A program made the position numbers and the translations under genes. 64,000 bases of DNA from Cenococcum geophilum. Its lineage: Eukaryota. This document shows, in pieces, positions 37,701-52,200 of this stretch. The notes below the pieces were generated by a model. That model was not told where the DNA came from. It ran no database searches and saw nothing but the letters and a program-made list of their open reading frames with translations. Each line of letters begins with the position of its first letter. Within the stretch, counting starts at the first letter, position 1. The stretch lies in the NCBI GenBank assembly GCA_050273025.1, contig CP158636.1, forward strand, positions 4,960,001 to 5,024,000, in the 5' to 3' direction.

Positions 37701-40700
37701 CTACTGTAGGCTACGGACAATACCTTATATATAGGACCACCACAAATAACAATACGGACATTAATATTACGTAAACTAGGGCCATAAACGTCTAATTCAG
37801 CATCGGCTCAACCGCATTAATTAGATTAGTTAAAGTTAAGACTCTAATTAGCCTAGTTAACTTCCACATAGTAAAAGCGGACACCCCCTTCCTACTCTAT
37901 CTTACAGACATAGACAGGTTATAGGTATACTATAATAATATTACGGACACCCTAATTGGCCCCGCAACTGCCCTAGGAAGTAAATATATTACCCTACCAA
38001 TTATATAACAATTTAGACACCTATTTCTTATATAGGGAGAGACTTTATAGACCTATATTTAGGAATCTTTTAACTATAACCCGTGCTACCTTACCAGTAC
38101 GGAGATCCACCGCCTATACCGCTGTTTCGGCTACCCGTTAACCGAAAAGCTATATAGAGTCCTTAAACGCTCTGGATATAATAACGTTAATAAAAAGGTA
38201 ATTAACCACCTAACTAAATACTGCTCCTTCTACTAGAAATACAGACGTTCCCTAGGCCGATTTAAGTTCACCCTTTATAAGGACCTTAACTTTAACCACT
38301 TAGTATACGTAGACATTATATATATTAACGGCAGTTTAGTATTATATATAATCAACAAGGCAACCCGCTATTAAGCCGCCTATTAGTTGCAAAATATATC
38401 CGCAAAATATACTTAGGATATTTTACGGACCTGCTGGATCAACATATACGTCGGACCTCCGCAGTATATCACCTACGACGCCAGTAGGAACTTTATTAGT
38501 AAGGAATTCTAGTAATATACTATAGCTATAGCTATATTAATAAAAGCTGTTCCAGTTAAGGCGTACTGGTCCGTTAGGCTTATTAAGCGAGCTTACCTAG
38601 CCTTATAGAGAGCTTACTAGATCATTATAGACGAGTATAAGGATATCTAAAAGGAACTGGCTTTATAGATGGCCGTAAAAGCTATTAATAATACTACTGG
38701 CCCTAACGGACTAGTACCTACCCTTTTAGTTTACGGAGCCTACCTAAGGATAAGCAACCTAGGCCCTCCTACCCCATCTATTACGGAACAAGCAGCTATA
38801 ATATAAAAGGCAATAACTAAAATAGTCAAGCTACGGGCCAAGCAAGCTATTAATAATACCCTATACTACCGTAACGGACCTAACACGACCTTAGTATACA
38901 ACCTCCCGCTTAACTCTAAAGTCCTTATATAGCGTAAAAGCGGCAGTTAGAATAGACCTTATTATCTACTAGCCGTAGAAAACGAGACGTACTATATATA
39001 GCTTCCTAGTAGGCTAACCAGCTTTAGAAGCACGTCCGTAAAACCCTACTTTTGGCCCAAAAACACCTATAACGTCAAACCAGACGAACTGGAAGCACCC
39101 GTTAAACTAGACAAACTAAAAGCACCCGCTAAATTAGATAAACTAGAAGCACCCTTACCTACCCTAAAAGTCCCCTAAAAACCCACTAAACCTACTAAAC
39201 CTACCATAAAGCGTAGTTAAGGACGCCCCTAAAAGCACCCTATAACTAAGAACACCATAATAGAAAATTACCTAACCTCCATAGGAATATCCGTAAGGCA
39301 ATTTCCGCCTACAAATATATCAGTTCTAGTATAAGAAACCCCGTTTACGGACTTATAACATAAAGAGATTAACGGACTACTTAAAAAGGGTATCTTTGCG
39401 GTTATAATAGAGAAAGACGTCCCGTAAGGCGTCCGTATATTTAACTTATGCTTTATTAATAAGATTAAGCACCCTAGTACTAATAAAGCCTTTAAGAAAT
39501 TAAGGCTTGTTATACAAGCTTATAACGATAAGGGAAAGAACTTAATTCTTACGCAATTGCCTATAATTTAACAAGTTAGCTAATAAATTATACTTATACT
39601 TATGTTAGGACTACAGCAAACTAAACCTATAGCCCTATACTTACGGGATATCTTATAAGCCTACGTATAGTCTAACACCTACCTAAGTAGGGACATCTTT
39701 ATACGACCACCCTATAAGCTTAACCTATAACCAGGAATAATTTTACGGGTTATAAAACCTTTTTACGGAGTACTAGAAGCTAGAAACCACTGGTTTAAAA
39801 CATACCACCAGTATTACATTAGTAAGCTTAAAATAGAATAGTTAACCTATAACCCCTACCTCCTATACAGCCCATTAAACGGCCTTAGTATTATTAGACT
39901 TTAAATAGATAATACCCTACTTCTAGTAGACCAGACCTTTACGGACGCTAAAGAAACTAAACTATAAAAGGCTAAGTTCTTAGTAAAGCTATAAGAGCAG
40001 TTAACTAAGCAGAATCTAATTAAGTTTAATAAAGGCCTAATTACATAAAAGGGCAACCTAATTAAGCTAACTTAGGAACGCCAAGCTTAAAACCTAAAGC
40101 TCATTATAGTAAAGCCTATGGACCTCACTAGTTCCCACGGAGAAACCCATAAGACTATAAATATAAAGAACTAATACGCTGCATAGTGTGTAAGAGGCGC
40201 CTATATTGCCACAGTCTACTAACCTAAATCTACCTACGACTTATCCTTTGCGGCCTAGGCAGTAAATCCGTAAAAAGAAAATATCAAGCAGCTTAATAAG
40301 CGCATTTAGTGGCAAATTAACAATACAGCAAGGGGACTTACTTTTATACCACTAGACCTAAATTCCCTTAGCCTACTGGCATTTACGGACGCCTCCTTTA
40401 CTAATAACAAAGACCTATTATCACAAATTAGCTTTATAATTGTACTTACGGACCGTAATTAGGACGCAAATATACTATATTAGTCTTTAATTAAATGCAA
40501 ATAAGTAACCCGTAGTGTACTAGCTTCTAAACTATATATACTAGCTTATAGATTTAATATAGCAGCTGCAATCAAATTAACGGTCTAGAAGATTCTATAA
40601 CTAGAGCAGTTACCCCTAGTTTTATACACTAATTTAAAGTCCCTTTACGACTGCCTAGTTAAACTAGGTACGATATAAGAGAAGAGGCTTATAGTTAACC

Positions 40701-43191
40701 TAATATGCTTACATTAGGCCTATAAACGACGTGAGATTACGGAGGTCAAATAGATTAGCAGCGGAAACAACCTAGCGGACGCCATAACTAAGGCAAAGCC
40801 GTATTAAGCCCTTAAAACCCTAATTAACACAAATAAGCTTAACCTAAAAGTTATAGAATGGGTAGAACAGGACTAACGGAGCACCTATGGTATGTCTACG
40901 GCCCGTTAGAAGGCCGTATGGCTCATTATACGGTACAGTACGGTATAGGTAGAAAACGGTGGAAAGCTACGGTGGAACTTAGTAGACTTACATAACCTAC
41001 CGAATTTTATAGGGTAGTTAAATTAACCAATCACAATTTTCCATCCCCGGGATAGAAAATCGCCATTAGTTCGCTTAGCACTAGCGCCTTAGCGGCCCTT
41101 AAAATCTAACTTACAACTCGTCTACTGCCCGTCAAAAGGCCGTACGGTTCATTTTACGGACCATACGCAGAACTTACGGCTAGCTTAGGGCACCATTTAG
41201 AAGGCAGCCTAGACAGCACCTTAGGGAGATTTCTTATATATTTTCCTTTATGTTTTATGGTTTTATTAAAGCAATTACGGAGGCTGTATATAGGTGGTTT
41301 CATTTTTCAAGTACTGCCAGTGTATAATTACAGCACCTGTTGTACTAAACACGTGCTTACGCGTTCGGTACACCAGGTACGCGTTTACGCGTTCAGTGCA
41401 CCAACCACTCGCTTACGCGTCTGGTGCACTTATAAAGCACTAACTAATTAGGGGGGAGGTGCATCAGTATATAGACCACGTAGTCTGCTTTATACAATCG
41501 ACAGTCACCATCTAAACAAGCATACGATACTACATGTATTTCGTGCCCGTGGATACGACTCACTCATGCTATTAAGTTAGTACGAACAGAAATACTAAGT
41601 AATAAATTCTAATAGCTTAATTAAGCTAAATTATAATATAGGTAAAGTATATAAGAGCAAAGAAAGCTGCCGAATATCCTCTTCTAGAGGAAGCTCTCTT
41701 TAAGTAGCACTAGCGCCTATAGAACTCTCGCATTTCTATTACTAGCGACCTTATATATACTGCCGCTACTTAATTATAGCAATAAATACCTATACTAGCA
41801 ATAATAATTAAGCTAAAGTAGTTACTTAGCTAGTTAGAAGGCTTTAAATCTTATAACAGTATTTATAAGAGAAAGTAATATAGTAAGGCTACCTTAGCCA
41901 ATATAGAGGGAGCAGAAGATCGTATGGTAGAGCTTTAAGCAATTATTACGCCTTATTTATTAAAGGATATCTATAATATAGATAAGACAGGGCTATTTTA
42001 AAAGGCTATACTAGATACTATATTAGCTACTAAGGCTTTATTAGGAATAAAGAAGTAAAAGGTATAAATCTTTTTAGGCAATTACTCTAATATAGATAGC
42101 TTAGATAAGCTTTCTCTTCTTATAATTAGCTTATTACTAAAGCCATATTACTTTATAAGTAATTAGATTAATATTGCCTCTATAAATATTATATAGAGGT
42201 ATAATAAGAAGGCCTAGATAATAACGGTAATTATACTTAAGTAGCTTACCTAGTTTAATAAAAGGATATATAACAGGAAGATACTACTTTTAATTAACGG
42301 CTTTAGCGCCTATAAAGCAGCTATTTAAACGCTTATTAAAAATGGCTTTCTTAAAAATATACGCGTAGAGTTCCTTCCTGCTAATTATACCTTATTATAT
42401 TAACCTCTTAGTTAAGGGATAATTATAAACTTTAAGCTGCTTTACCGGCGATACTAGCTATAATTTATAGTGGAGCTTTTACTTTAAGATAAGGATTTAA
42501 TTAAGTAGATACACGTCTTATAGGTAATTTAATAGTTAATTAAAGCTTAAAGGGAAGTTATACTATAAACAATTAAGAATTGCTTTATTAAATCTACGTT
42601 ATTTGGCTCTTATATAGGCCTATAGCCTCACCCTTAAAATTATTTAGATCTTCCTATAGTTAATAAGATATAGTAAATAGCAGAACAACTGCTTATAGCA
42701 GGAAGAATTCGCGCTATAATAAATATTTAGAATTTTATTAAGCTACTAGGTAAGGAAGTAGAGGATTTATTAAAGGATCTTATTAAGTATATAGTAGAGC
42801 TCTATATAGGGCCTAATTACAATATAGAAATAGATAAGGAGGTTATTAAGTAACCTTAAATTAAGCTTAATAAGGCGCTCATAGCCTTATAAAAGCTTTA
42901 TCTTTATAAGGAGTAGCAAAGCAATTCTAATAGAGACGTAATTACGACTCTATTAAGGTACGAGTATTAAATTTAAAGCTGACGACCTTAAAACACTAAG
43001 CAGCAATTAATCGCGATATATTTTAGTATAGCCGATCGCTTAGTTATGACTTTACGTATATAGATACATAATATTATTACCTAATTTTAATTTTGGGTGC
43101 ATTTTATATACAAGTATATAATACAACGATACTCTTAGTATTACAATACGCTCGGCCAAGCAAACCGTATCGTACTAAAGAGATTTTACTA
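34762..43191 (+). mobile_element. Tigger/pogo-type DNA transposon (CENP-B HTH + DDE_1 transposase relic, about 35060-43030)
   Basis: TIR CAGTAAAA(C/T)CT..TTAGTACGAT; TA flanks; YPLLEEALF, YNMDETGLF about 41974, QPL.QGII. Confidence 0.92.
35216..41588 (+). mobile_element. Ty1/Copia, GalEa-type, second family, full length
   Basis: 268-bp LTRs 35216-35483 and 41321-41588; TSD GAAAT; CTAATTAGT after the 5' LTR; de-RIP KCFVCGKEGCWSxRH, IDTGA, HRxFGHP, KSRLV, QTDD, FTDASF; internal 30-bp (36357-36450) and 27-bp (39078-39155) coding repeats. Confidence 0.96.
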
Positions 43192-43193
43192 TA

Positions 43194-43701
43194 TATTACT
43201 AAACTAAGCCGTTGCTTTACCCTATTGGTTGTTATCTATTATAGGTCCTTAAACATATCTAATCCCATCTTAGGAATCTTAAGCGTTTTTATCTCTTTTT
43301 AAGAATTTTAAGCCTATGGCCTTTTACCTTTATTAAGTACTAAAGTGGTTTACTATCCTTCTTCTTTTATATCTTATAAAGCGATAGACATTATATCTAG
43401 TAGGGTTTTAATCCCTACTAATATTCCCTATTCTATAGTAGAATTATCCTCTACCTTTATTATAATATCTTTAAGGTCTATATACTTCTAGTAAGCTACC
43501 TTTATTACCTTATCATTACTAAATATTTCGCCTATATTAAATTCATTATCTTTAATATCCAATCTGCGAGATAGTTTATTAATTCCTCTAAACTTTAGTA
43601 TTTTTAGCTCCTATAGTTAATAGCTTACGCTATACTTAGTATCTTTATAAATTTAGTATGCGTTATTATAATAAAACGCAAAACTTTTAATTAAACACTC
43701 T
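43194..43701 (-). mobile_element. Gypsy A-related gag-extension fragment
   Basis: Reverse complement is similar to about 4503-5012. Confidence 0.85.
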
Positions 43702-46700
43702 TATTACGGGACACCCCCGTAATACCTTATATACGTCCACTTATTTTTACTAACTTAGCAACTAAAGACTAACCACGAGATGGTAATTTGCGGCAATTTG
43801 ACGGCAATCTGCTATATTCTGCTAAGTTCCGCTAAGTTCTACCAAATCCTGCTAAGTTTTACTAGGACTACTACCTAAATCCTATTCTACTTTATATACG
43901 TGTTAACTAAGCAACTAAGCTAACGATATATACCCTTTCTTCTCGTTTTCCTACCTTCTCTCCTTATATAACGTCTTAACTTCTTACATAGTTTATATAT
44001 ATAGCTTAATAATATCTACCTTGCTATATATTATCGCCGCTTATACTTACTCTGTAATACTATATTGCGTTAACCTTATATACTACCTCCGAAATACAGA
44101 ACGACCCTAAAGCCCCTATAACGGCCGCTAGTATTATATCCGTATTTTAAGAATAACTAGTAAAGATATAGAAGTCTTTTATAAACGCCCTTATATAAAA
44201 CTAAGCCACTTTAAACTAATAATAAGCTAAATAAGAAGCACGATATTAGCGATTAATTAAGGACCTCTAAGAAGAAACCCGTATACTTAAGATGCCTATA
44301 TTAAGGCCTTAAGACCAGATACCATTTTTAGAGATAAATACGCGGAACGTAAGCCCTAAACCTATAGTAGCTATCCACCCCAAACCGACTATTATACTAT
44401 AATAATCTAAACAGCTATCTAACCCTCTGGTATTTACTGGTAAATATTAAAAGCTCTAATTATTTCTAAGCTAGCTTAAGAATAAGCTAACTAGCAACGC
44501 TAACTATTACCTAACTAAAGCTAACTAACTGTGTTACGCCCTAAGTTAACTAGGAGAAGAGGTAGCTAACCTTATTAAACCCCTTTAACCGAACTTAGTA
44601 TAAAGCCTAGTTGTACTTCTTAAAGCTATATATAGTGACCTAAACCACTAAGCTACTACTTAGAGAAAGATAAACTATATAGCTTAAGGAACAAAAAGTT
44701 TCCTAGTATACTTCTCCGAATTTAACCGTTACGTAAAGGAGACTGGCTAGAATAACTCTGCACTAGTTAACAGCCTTATTAAATCCCTAAGCCCTAAACT
44801 AAAAACCTCCTTAATAGGTATAGACCTACTAGGAGCCCTTAATGCCTATATAAACGTTATTAATAAACGGTATAATAATATACTACGCCTAATACTAAAG
44901 CCCGCCCCCTAATATAATACGGCAACCCTATAAATGTTTACTAAGTTATTATTTTAGCCTAAGCACCCTAACGCCATGGATATTAACACTAAAACCCTAG
45001 AGTACGCCCTATTAGGGTCCTTTAAATAAGAAAGACGTATTAAGCTAGGCCTCTGCTTTAAGTGCGGAAGTAAGGACTATATCTTAAAATACTATCTTAT
45101 CCCCTTACCTACGTCCTAAAATAATTTACGAACGGCTAATACTAGCAGCCGTTTACTATATTAATCTTCCAGTTACCGTCCCTAATCTTTACCTAGTTCC
45201 AGCCCCGTGTCTAATAAGCACTACTTATAAGGGTAAAGCTATAACCGACGTTCTATAGGAACCCCTTCCCGCTTACTACTAAAAGGTACGTCTTAGAGTT
45301 AAGTCGCTTTCCAGGACGGCTCTACCTTAGGATTTTATTAAATGCTTTAGATATTACGAACTCTAACTCTTAGGATTATAGCATAATTATTAACTATCGT
45401 CTTTAGCAGAATAATTAATAGGCTAATATTTAAGTCCTAATTAATATAGGAGCTAGTAGTATAGGATTTATTAATAAGATCTTTATATAAGATAATGGTT
45501 TTACCCTAACCCCCCTTAACCGGTATATTAATATATTTAGATTTAATGGTAAACGCATATTTTTAGGCTAAATTACCTATGTAGTATACCTAAAACTCTA
45601 ATACCTAAACCACAAAGAACTAATTAGGCTTTTTATTACCACCCTAGATTACCTAGTAATCCTTAAATAACCCTAGATAAAGCTATATAAGGTAATTATT
45701 AATTAGGATAACCTTAAGCTTCTATTTACTGCCCCCCGTTATAAATAGAAGTGCCTTATAACTTGCCGCTCTAACCCTAAACTAAAATTTAGGAAATTTA
45801 CTAAAATCTATTAGCCTAATACTTCTACTAATGTCTACCCTACGCCTAAGGAATCTACCAGATTCTACTAACCTAAAAATTCTACCAATATCTATTGAGG
45901 GTCTAAAAATTCCACTAAACCCCACGAATAGACCCTAAGTACTATACCACTCCGCGCTAAATAAAAGCTTAAGCTTACTATACGAAAATACTAGAAGGAC
46001 TAGTACTCTACTATAAAGAGTATATTTAAAGAACCTAAACCTAAACCTAATACCAATTTTATACCTAATACTGAACCTAGAATTAAGCAAGGAACTATAT
46101 AAGAAACTATAGACAACTAGAGCCCGCTTAACGCCCTAGATATCTATATAATTAGAGCTACCCCACTAGCGCGACTTGCTAAGAAACCCAAATATATAAT
46201 CTTTACTATTACTATAGCTAATATTAAAAAGGCCTTAGTACTGAAGAAGTATACTAACCCTGCTATAAAGGTACTAGTAGAATACTATAACCGCCTAGAG
46301 GTATTCTTACGGAAAGAAGCCGATAAGCTACTGGAATACCGATTATACGACTATAAGATTAAACTAAAAGAAGGAAAACAGCTTGGATTTAGGCCCCTAT
46401 ATAGGATGTCCTAAAATAAACTCTAAGTGCTATAGAAGTATCTAGATGAGAACCTAAGTAAAGGATTTATTAGAGTAAGCTCTTTATCTATAGCCGTATT
46501 AATAATCTTTGTTAAGAAACTAGGCGGCGGACTACGCTTCTATATAGACTACTAAGCTTTTAACGCTGTTACCGTTAAGAACTAATACCTAATCCCGTTA
46601 ATATAGGAGATACTAAACTAATTAAGTAAGGCTCGCTACTATACAAAGCTTAATATTATCTCTGCATTTAACCGCCTCTATATAGTAAAGAGAGATAAAT

Positions 46701-47655
46701 AGCTTACTATATTTCGTGCTTGGTACGGATTATTTAAATACTTAGTAACGCTATTTAGCCTTATAAATACTCTAAGCTCGTTTTAATATTATATAAATAA
46801 TACCCTACGCCCCTACCTAGACATCTTCTGTACTGCTTATATTAACGACATTTTAATATATAGTAATAACCTAACTGGGTATCGGGAATACGTTAACCTT
46901 ATTTTATAAGCCCTATATAGAGCTGGTCTATAATTAAATATAGATAAATACGAGTTTTATAAGACGGAAGTCCTATACCTTAGGCTTCTTATTTCTATAG
47001 ATGGTATATAAATAGACCTAAAGAAAATTAAAGCAATCGTAAACTGGTAAGAACCCGAGAATGTTAAGGACGTAAGAGCCTTTATAGGATTTGCCAATTT
47101 CTACTAATAGTTTATTAACAACTTCTTTACCTTAGTTTTACCCCTTATAGCTCTAACCTAAAAGGATAAAGCCTTTATCTTTAATAAGGAATATAAGAAG
47201 GCCTTTACTTATCTAAAGGTTATATTTACTACCGCGCCTATACTATAATACTTCAACCTAAACTAAATAAGTGTTATAGAAGCTGGCTTATCTAACTACG
47301 TTACTAAAGGTATCCTATCTTAATATAATAAAGAGGGAGTATTATACCCTATAGTATACTACTTAAAACGACTAAGCCTAGCCGAATATAACTACAAAAT
47401 CTACGATAAGGAATTGCTGGCTATTATTAGATGCTTTAAGCAATGGCGACCCGAATTAGAAGGCGCTAGATTCCTAATTAAGGTCTTTAGCGATTATAAG
47501 AACCTATAGTACTTTATAACTACGAAACAGCTAAGCTACTGTTAGGCCCGCTAGTTAGAATACCTGTCTTATTTCCAATTCTTAATTATATACCGCCTAG
47601 GCGTTTAAGGCTAGAAGCTTAATACCTTAACCTAACGCTTACAAGACGCGCTAGA
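43702..47655 (+). mobile_element. Gypsy family B, 3'-truncated: 5' LTR-gag-PR-RT-RNaseH
   Basis: LTR 43702-44059; AMDID and GLCFKCG about 44975-45070; IDTGA about 45443; RT/RH collinear with 14811-22180. Confidence 0.92.
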
Positions 47656-47659
47656 CTAA

Positions 47660-48890
47660 AGAAGAGCCTCCCTTCCTTGTCCCCCCTGCCCTCCTTACCA
47701 ATACTATCTCCTACCCCTTCTACTTCTATTAGAAGTAAGAAAAAGCAGCTATAAGAAAGGAAGCTAGTCCGTATTACAGACCAAAAGGACTAACCCTTAG
47801 ATACCTTCTCTATACGAAATAAAGTCAATTAACTATTTGCATTAAAACTATAAGTAGAAAAGCCAGTTTTAGGGTCTATAGATAGAACTAAAGGAAAACA
47901 AAATATCCTTCTTATAACTATAGAAGAGTATAATGTAGATTTCCTAGTTAAATATAAAGAAATATAGCATAACTACTTTACCTTTTAAAGAGAATAAAAA
48001 CTAGAACCTTGGGTTTAAATTATAGCCTATAGGGTTCCTACCCTACCTTTCCTAGAAGAAGGAGGCTCTAAGCTTCTAAAAGAAGAAATTAAGACCTTTA
48101 ATCCTATAGGGATATAAGGACTACCTAGGTGGATCTTATCTAGTAAAAAAAGACACAATCTATGGACCAGATTTAGCTCTATAGTCTTTACTATAGAGAA
48201 TAAGGAGAAAAGGTAAGAAATCCTTAAATAAAAAGAGATTCTAATTGCGGGTACAGCTACTAAGGTAGTAAAATACCTAGATGTCTCTCCTACTACGTAG
48301 TGTACTAGCTGCTAAAAATTTGGCTATATAGGAGACAGATGCTCTACTAGGGCCTATAGATTTTGTACGGCTGCATATTTATTTAAAGACCACTACTATC
48401 CTACCTATTTAATAATAGGCAAGGCTTATAAGCACACTACCCCTTATTGTATTAATTGTAAGGGAAAATACTTTGTTAATAGTAAAGACTGCAAGACTCT
48501 TAAAGTAGCTAAACTAGTAAATACTAGCTTAGAAGATTTTATAAAAGAATAAAAACAAGATCCTAGAAGCCTATTAGGCCTTTAATAAAACAATATTAGA
48601 GAGTAAAGGGATAGAAGCAAATTATAAAAGGATAGGGATAGGTATTAGGATTTCCTATAGTTTTTCCTACCGTTTTCTTATTCCCTAGTAGTTATAGTAA
48701 CTTAGTATCTTACTAAGGAGCTATAAACCCTTAGGTGTTTATAAACTATTAGGATATAGCTACTAGTATATATTAAGCTGCCTAGAAAGGATTTATATAT
48801 ATAGAACTATAGCGCTATAGCCTAGAGGCTACATACGTAGTATTATACGTAGTATAATACAATCGGATATAAAAAAAAATTATAAAAAAA
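47660..48890 (+). mobile_element. Non-LTR (LINE ORF1-like) relic with A-rich tail and no ORF2
   Basis: Tandem Cys/His knuckles QCTSCxKFGH..C / CRFC.AAH / CINCKGKH..NSKDC at 48298-48492; stop about 48552; A-runs 48871-48890. Confidence 0.75.
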
Positions 48891-49259
48891 TCTAATATAA
48901 TTGTAGTAGATGTGCCGTAACTATAACGCGGTAAAGGTCACTTAAAGGGATTATAAAATCGCTAACACCTTATTAATTTTAAAGAGTAATTTATTGCCGC
49001 TATTAAGAATAGAGTTAAGTTATTAATGGCCTTTATAACAGCTAAGGAGAAGGCTAACTTTAAGTTCGCAAAATAGCTCTAAAAGGAAGGTTATATTATA
49101 ACCCTTAGAGCTCCTTTCTAAGTATCTAATAGGTAGGAGATCGATAGTCTTATTATAAGAAAAGTCTTTAAATTTAAGAAGTATAACCCTACTAAGTTTA
49201 ATAAAGTTCGCGTTTTTAAGTTAAGAATAGTTAATAAGATTAAAGGCAAAGCTACTAAC

Positions 49260-52200
49260 TGTAACGGAATCCCCCGAGAGGTATATATCCAATAAGACGG
49301 TAGGAGGTTTTATCTATGTCCTATCTATGTTCCAGAAGACATAGTCAGACAGGTTAAAGGCGAAAGGTTTTATTAGCGTCTTAGAAGAAATATATAGGAA
49401 GCTAGTTCCCCTCTAGAGAAGAACTAGCGATTAGTCTCTAAATAGAAGTGGTTAGAAGCATTTGTCCTTTAATATATGAAACTTATTCTACCTTTAACTT
49501 ACCTTTAACTTACCTTCTACTTACCAGTAACACTATTAATTAGATAATTATACGTTCTAGTTAGGCTAGCCTCTTATAATTCTAATCGCTTACAATCCGT
49601 TAGGAACGTACGGCTATTAATTAACGATAACGGACTATACTCCTGTACCCTATAAAGCAACGCCCTTACCGTAAGAGGCTTAAAGAGTCTCCCTAGAGGA
49701 GCGCATTCCCTCTTCCTATAAAGAAGCTACGGCTAGTCCGTCTAACCTTGCGAGACCCTTAGGAACGATTACCGCTAGAAAGTTATTAGAGCGGTCGCTA
49801 TATAAGACCCTATAAAAAACAAAGGAGTTAGAGATACGATTAAGATAAGTATATTAAGACTACTAAGAACAATTATAAGGACAATTAGGGGAAGTATAGA
49901 CACCCTAGACACAAAGCGGACTTAAAGGGGTAACGCCATACTATGCTATAACGTTAGAAAAATCTAAATTCCGCATAAAGGAACCTAATAAGTACTATAG
50001 TAATAGTCTTCGGAACTATAATCGTTTTATCCGATAATGCGAAACTAAGTTTCAGCTAGATCTAAAATATTACTCTAATAAGTATAATTAAACACTAATT
50101 GCTTCTACCTTCCTATATAGCACTGTTAAGAGTTTATAGACATGCTATAAGAAGAAACTTACTATACCCCTTAAATTTAGCGAACTTAGGACCTAGTTAG
50201 TTAATTAGGTCTAAGACCCTACTAATTAAGGGATAGACTATAACTAGCGATACTACAACGCCAAACAGCGAGATAGTTAGACTGTGGTCCAGTTTATAAA
50301 CTACTTAGAAAAACTAGAAGACAATATACCCTACTCGGATCTATAGGATAACGCTATATAACTTCACTAGCTACTCGCTAAGCTACAACCTAAGATTTAA
50401 CAGGCCATATAAGAGAAGGGCGAAATTCCTACCTCTTAAGAAAAGCTTATCTCTAAAGCTACTTGGATTAAGAGTGCTAAAAGAGACTATCTAGGCAAGT
50501 AAAAGGAATAAGACGCTAACGATAAAGAGCATAGGACTAGACCTAGCTTTAACAATAGGGGCAGATTCCGACCTAACCGCTCTATAGAAGGACAACGCGA
50601 GTAGGCCTCGTAGCCCTAAAGCAACGCTGGTTAACCCTAAAATAATAATAGGCAGAGACCTAATCCGTAAAAGGGGAACCGGGAGACACGCACCTATTAT
50701 AACTATAGCAAGAAGGGCTATATAAGCCGCTTCTACTAGCAAAAGAAGTAAAAGTCGGCCCAATTAGGAAAAGAGATAGCCTAGTAGATCTTTACTCCCT
50801 TATACTAGGCTAGTAAGAGAAGGAGGGAGTAAACTACCGTATAGTTATTCCTGTCTTTATTTAAGTTAATAATAAATAGGTAATATAAGACTACCTTATA
50901 AACAGCGGCGTAAGTATAGGGTTCATTTCTTAATTACTAGTAAAAGAATTAGATTTAGACCTTAGCGGCTCGTAGGTGCGCACCGTTTAAAGTATTAGAG
51001 GCTACTAGATTCCATACTATAGGGAATAGGCTTTTTCCGTGGCTAGCTAGGACCGCGATAGTCTATAGGATATATAGGAGATGCGCTTCTATACTATAGA
51101 AATTAAGGGGTATAACCTTGTTTTGGGATACCTATAGCTTCGCCAAGTTAATCTAGATATTAATTGGCCTTCGGCCTTGTATTAACATTAAAAGTCTTAA
51201 CCGCGCATTATAGTTAAAAATTAAAAGACTTTCTTAAACTATATATAAGAAGAAGGGTGGGTATATGCTATATATACTACTCTTAACACCAAGAACGGGG
51301 ACATAGGATATTCATTTTCGGATATCTGGCTATACGCAGTTAAGGAACTAGAGATTCCACAGGAATATACGGACTTAAAGGAAGTTTTTAGTAAAGAGGC
51401 TGCACAAACCTTACCTGACCCCATATTGGTTAAGCATAAAATAAATATAGGGGATAAATAACCTCCTTTTAGACTACTATATAACCTATTAAAAAATAAG
51501 CTAGTGGTACTACGTTAATATATAGTAGACAATCTTTAGAGAGGATAAATTTAGCCCTCTATAAGCCCGGCAGGGGCACCAATTATATTTATACCTAAGA
51601 AGGACGGGACCCTTCGCCTCTGTATTAACTATTAGGCGCTAAATAAGATTACTATAAAGAATTGCTACCCGTTACCCTTAATAGGGGAGCTTATTAATAG
51701 GCTATTGGGCGTAAAGATATTTATAAAATTAAATCTAAAAGATATATACTATCAAATCCAGATTAAAGCCGGCGATAAGTAAAAAACGGCGTTCTAAATA
51801 TAGTACGGCCACTTTAAGTACCTAGTAATGCCATTCGGGCTCATTAACGCACCAGCGATATTTTAGGCCTATATTAATAAGGCATTATTAGGCCTATTAG
51901 ACACGATATATATAGTCTACCTTAATAATATTATAGTCTACTCTAATAACTACAAAGCATATACGCACCACATGTAAATAGTACTAAAAAGACTACAGGA
52001 ATATAAGCTCTATATAAACCTAAAAAAGTGCACGTTCTATACTACTAGTATTAATTTTTTAGGCTTTATTGTTAGCGTTAATAGAGTGTTAATAGAGAAA
52101 AGTCGGGTAAACGCTATTAGGGAATAGCCCTACCCTATAACATTTAGAGAAGTATAGGTTTTCTTAGGCACGGCGAACTTTTACCAAACGTTTATTGTTT

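Noticed and set aside
14811..47655. Two Gypsy B pieces as halves of one element
   Set aside because: They overlap across RT-RNaseH and lie in the wrong order, so they are separate copies.
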